The notes under the pieces: generated by a model
Database searches by the model: none
Told to the model about the DNA's origin: nothing
Seen by the model: only the letters and a program-made list of their open reading frames with translations
Part shown: positions 63,435-64,000 of the stretch, one piece after another
How the letters are laid out: each line of letters opens with the position of its first letter
Position numbering within the stretch: position 1 is the stretch's first letter
Made by a program: the position numbers and the translations under genes
Assembly (NCBI GenBank): GCA_964013565.1
Contig: CAXGWU010000001.1
Span: 93,601 to 157,600, forward strand
Source of the DNA: an uncultured Oligoflexia bacterium
Lineage (GTDB): Bacteria; Bdellovibrionota; UBA1018; UBA6935
DNA: 64,000 nucleotides
Direction: 5' to 3'

Positions 63435-64000
63435 TTAGTTCTGAAGGGCTGGCAAAAGGTATTTTTCACGGTCTTTTAAGTAACTTTCAATATTCTGGAT
63501 AACTACTCTTCTTTGCTTTGACTCTATATCGTTTTCTAGGCGCTCAGAGAGTTCTCCTTGAATACTTACGTATTCAAGCGTGAGAATATGAAAAAGAGAT
63601 TCAAGCAAGGGGTCAATTTCAAAGGAAATTTCTCTTTTCTTCTCTTTAAAAGAACGAGTATTGTCAAAGAGGAGTTCAAGTTCTCTTCGTTTTGAGGAAT
63701 AGAGAGATTCAATTACCCAAATCGCATTTCTGACAGACCAGGTATACATTTGAAGACCGGAGTTCGAAGCTTCTTGGGCTTTGTTTTGTAAAAGGTATAA
63801 AATCTCCCACTGGCGTTGAATATAAGATCTGAGCTCTTTTGAGTCGTAAGGGTCTTTTTGTTGAAATAAAGTTGAATTTTTTTGAATTCGATCCAGTACT
63901 GTTTTTCCATTTTTTTTCTTTTTTTGATAAAAACGAGCAAGTTTTTCAACTCTCTCAAATCCATAAGGCTTTTTTAGATCTTTATTTTTAGATTGAAGAT
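63435..64000 (-). CDS. hypothetical protein, 5-prime partial (continues beyond the window)
   Basis: My manual translation of the 63435-63749 frame stays open upstream of Met 63749 to the window edge (..ERVEKLARFYQKKKKNGKTVLDRIQ..QMYTWSVRN..). The gene is therefore longer than the Met-initiated ORF in the track. Confidence 0.5.
   Translation of the reverse strand, partial: LQSKNKDLKKPYGFERVEKLARFYQKKKKNGKTVLDRIQKNSTLFQQKDPYDSKELRSYIQRQWEILYLLQNKAQEASNSGLQMYTWSVRNAIWVIESLYSSKRRELELLFDNTRSFKEKKREISFEIDPLLESLFHILTLEYVSIQGELSERLENDIESKQRRVVIQNIESYLKDREKYLLPALQN

Noticed and set aside
63713-63964. An 83-aa minus-strand ORF overlapping the 5-prime side of 63435-63749.
   Set aside because: My manual translation shows the 63435-63749 frame stays open upstream to the window edge with protein-like sequence. 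The 83-aa ORF is an alternate-frame artefact of one longer, partial gene.
1-64000. Searched for CRISPR arrays, IS elements or transposases, integrases, prophage genes, and rRNA/tRNA genes.
   Set aside because: I found no regularly spaced direct repeats, no transposase-like or integrase-like ORFs, no terminal inverted repeats flanking ORFs, and no GC-rich cloverleaf-sized islands in the intergenic regions.

Overview
This is a densely coding 64-kb chromosomal window with about 58 CDS. I saw no rRNA, tRNA, CRISPR array, transposase or integrase. The source looks like a low-GC, Bdellovibrio-like predatory bacterium. That is my inference from the gene content (ACIII plus caa3 oxidase, MepA-type murein endopeptidase, very many signal-peptide proteins), not a database result. 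Recognisable core content: system II cytochrome c biogenesis (resB/ccsA), a complete alternative complex III operon actABCDEF (27.2-34.7 kb), SCO1 plus a caa3-type oxidase operon (39.8-44.7 kb), ctaB, a C-terminal processing peptidase, thyA-folA, a UvrD-like helicase, acs, crcB, elbB, pcm, and a family-5 UDG / pseudouridine synthase / GNAT operon. The most interesting region is an AT-rich, translationally coupled seven-gene operon (8311-19850, minus strand). Every product starts with a signal peptide. It combines a PRPP-synthetase homologue, two tandem-LOG (TIGR00730-like) proteins, three paralogues with PRTase-like motifs (tentative) and kinase-like domains. This looks like an exported enzyme set centred on PRPP, ribose-5-phosphate and nucleotides, and I cannot match it to a described system. 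A second signal cuts across the window. Eleven secreted proteins, including all seven in that operon, each have only 1-3 cysteines, and one of them sits in a C-x-x-x-F motif. The motif lies either 10-13 residues from the C-terminus or just after the signal peptide. Other observations: a coupled three-gene membrane-protein module with PAP2/MFS/HAD genes, a 1164-aa secreted protein, an oxidase subunit IV fused to cytochrome c, a predicted beta-barrel carrying a CxxCH motif, a GC-rich structured intergenic element, and a 25-bp-arm inverted repeat. All calls come from reading motifs by eye. No searches or structure predictions were run.
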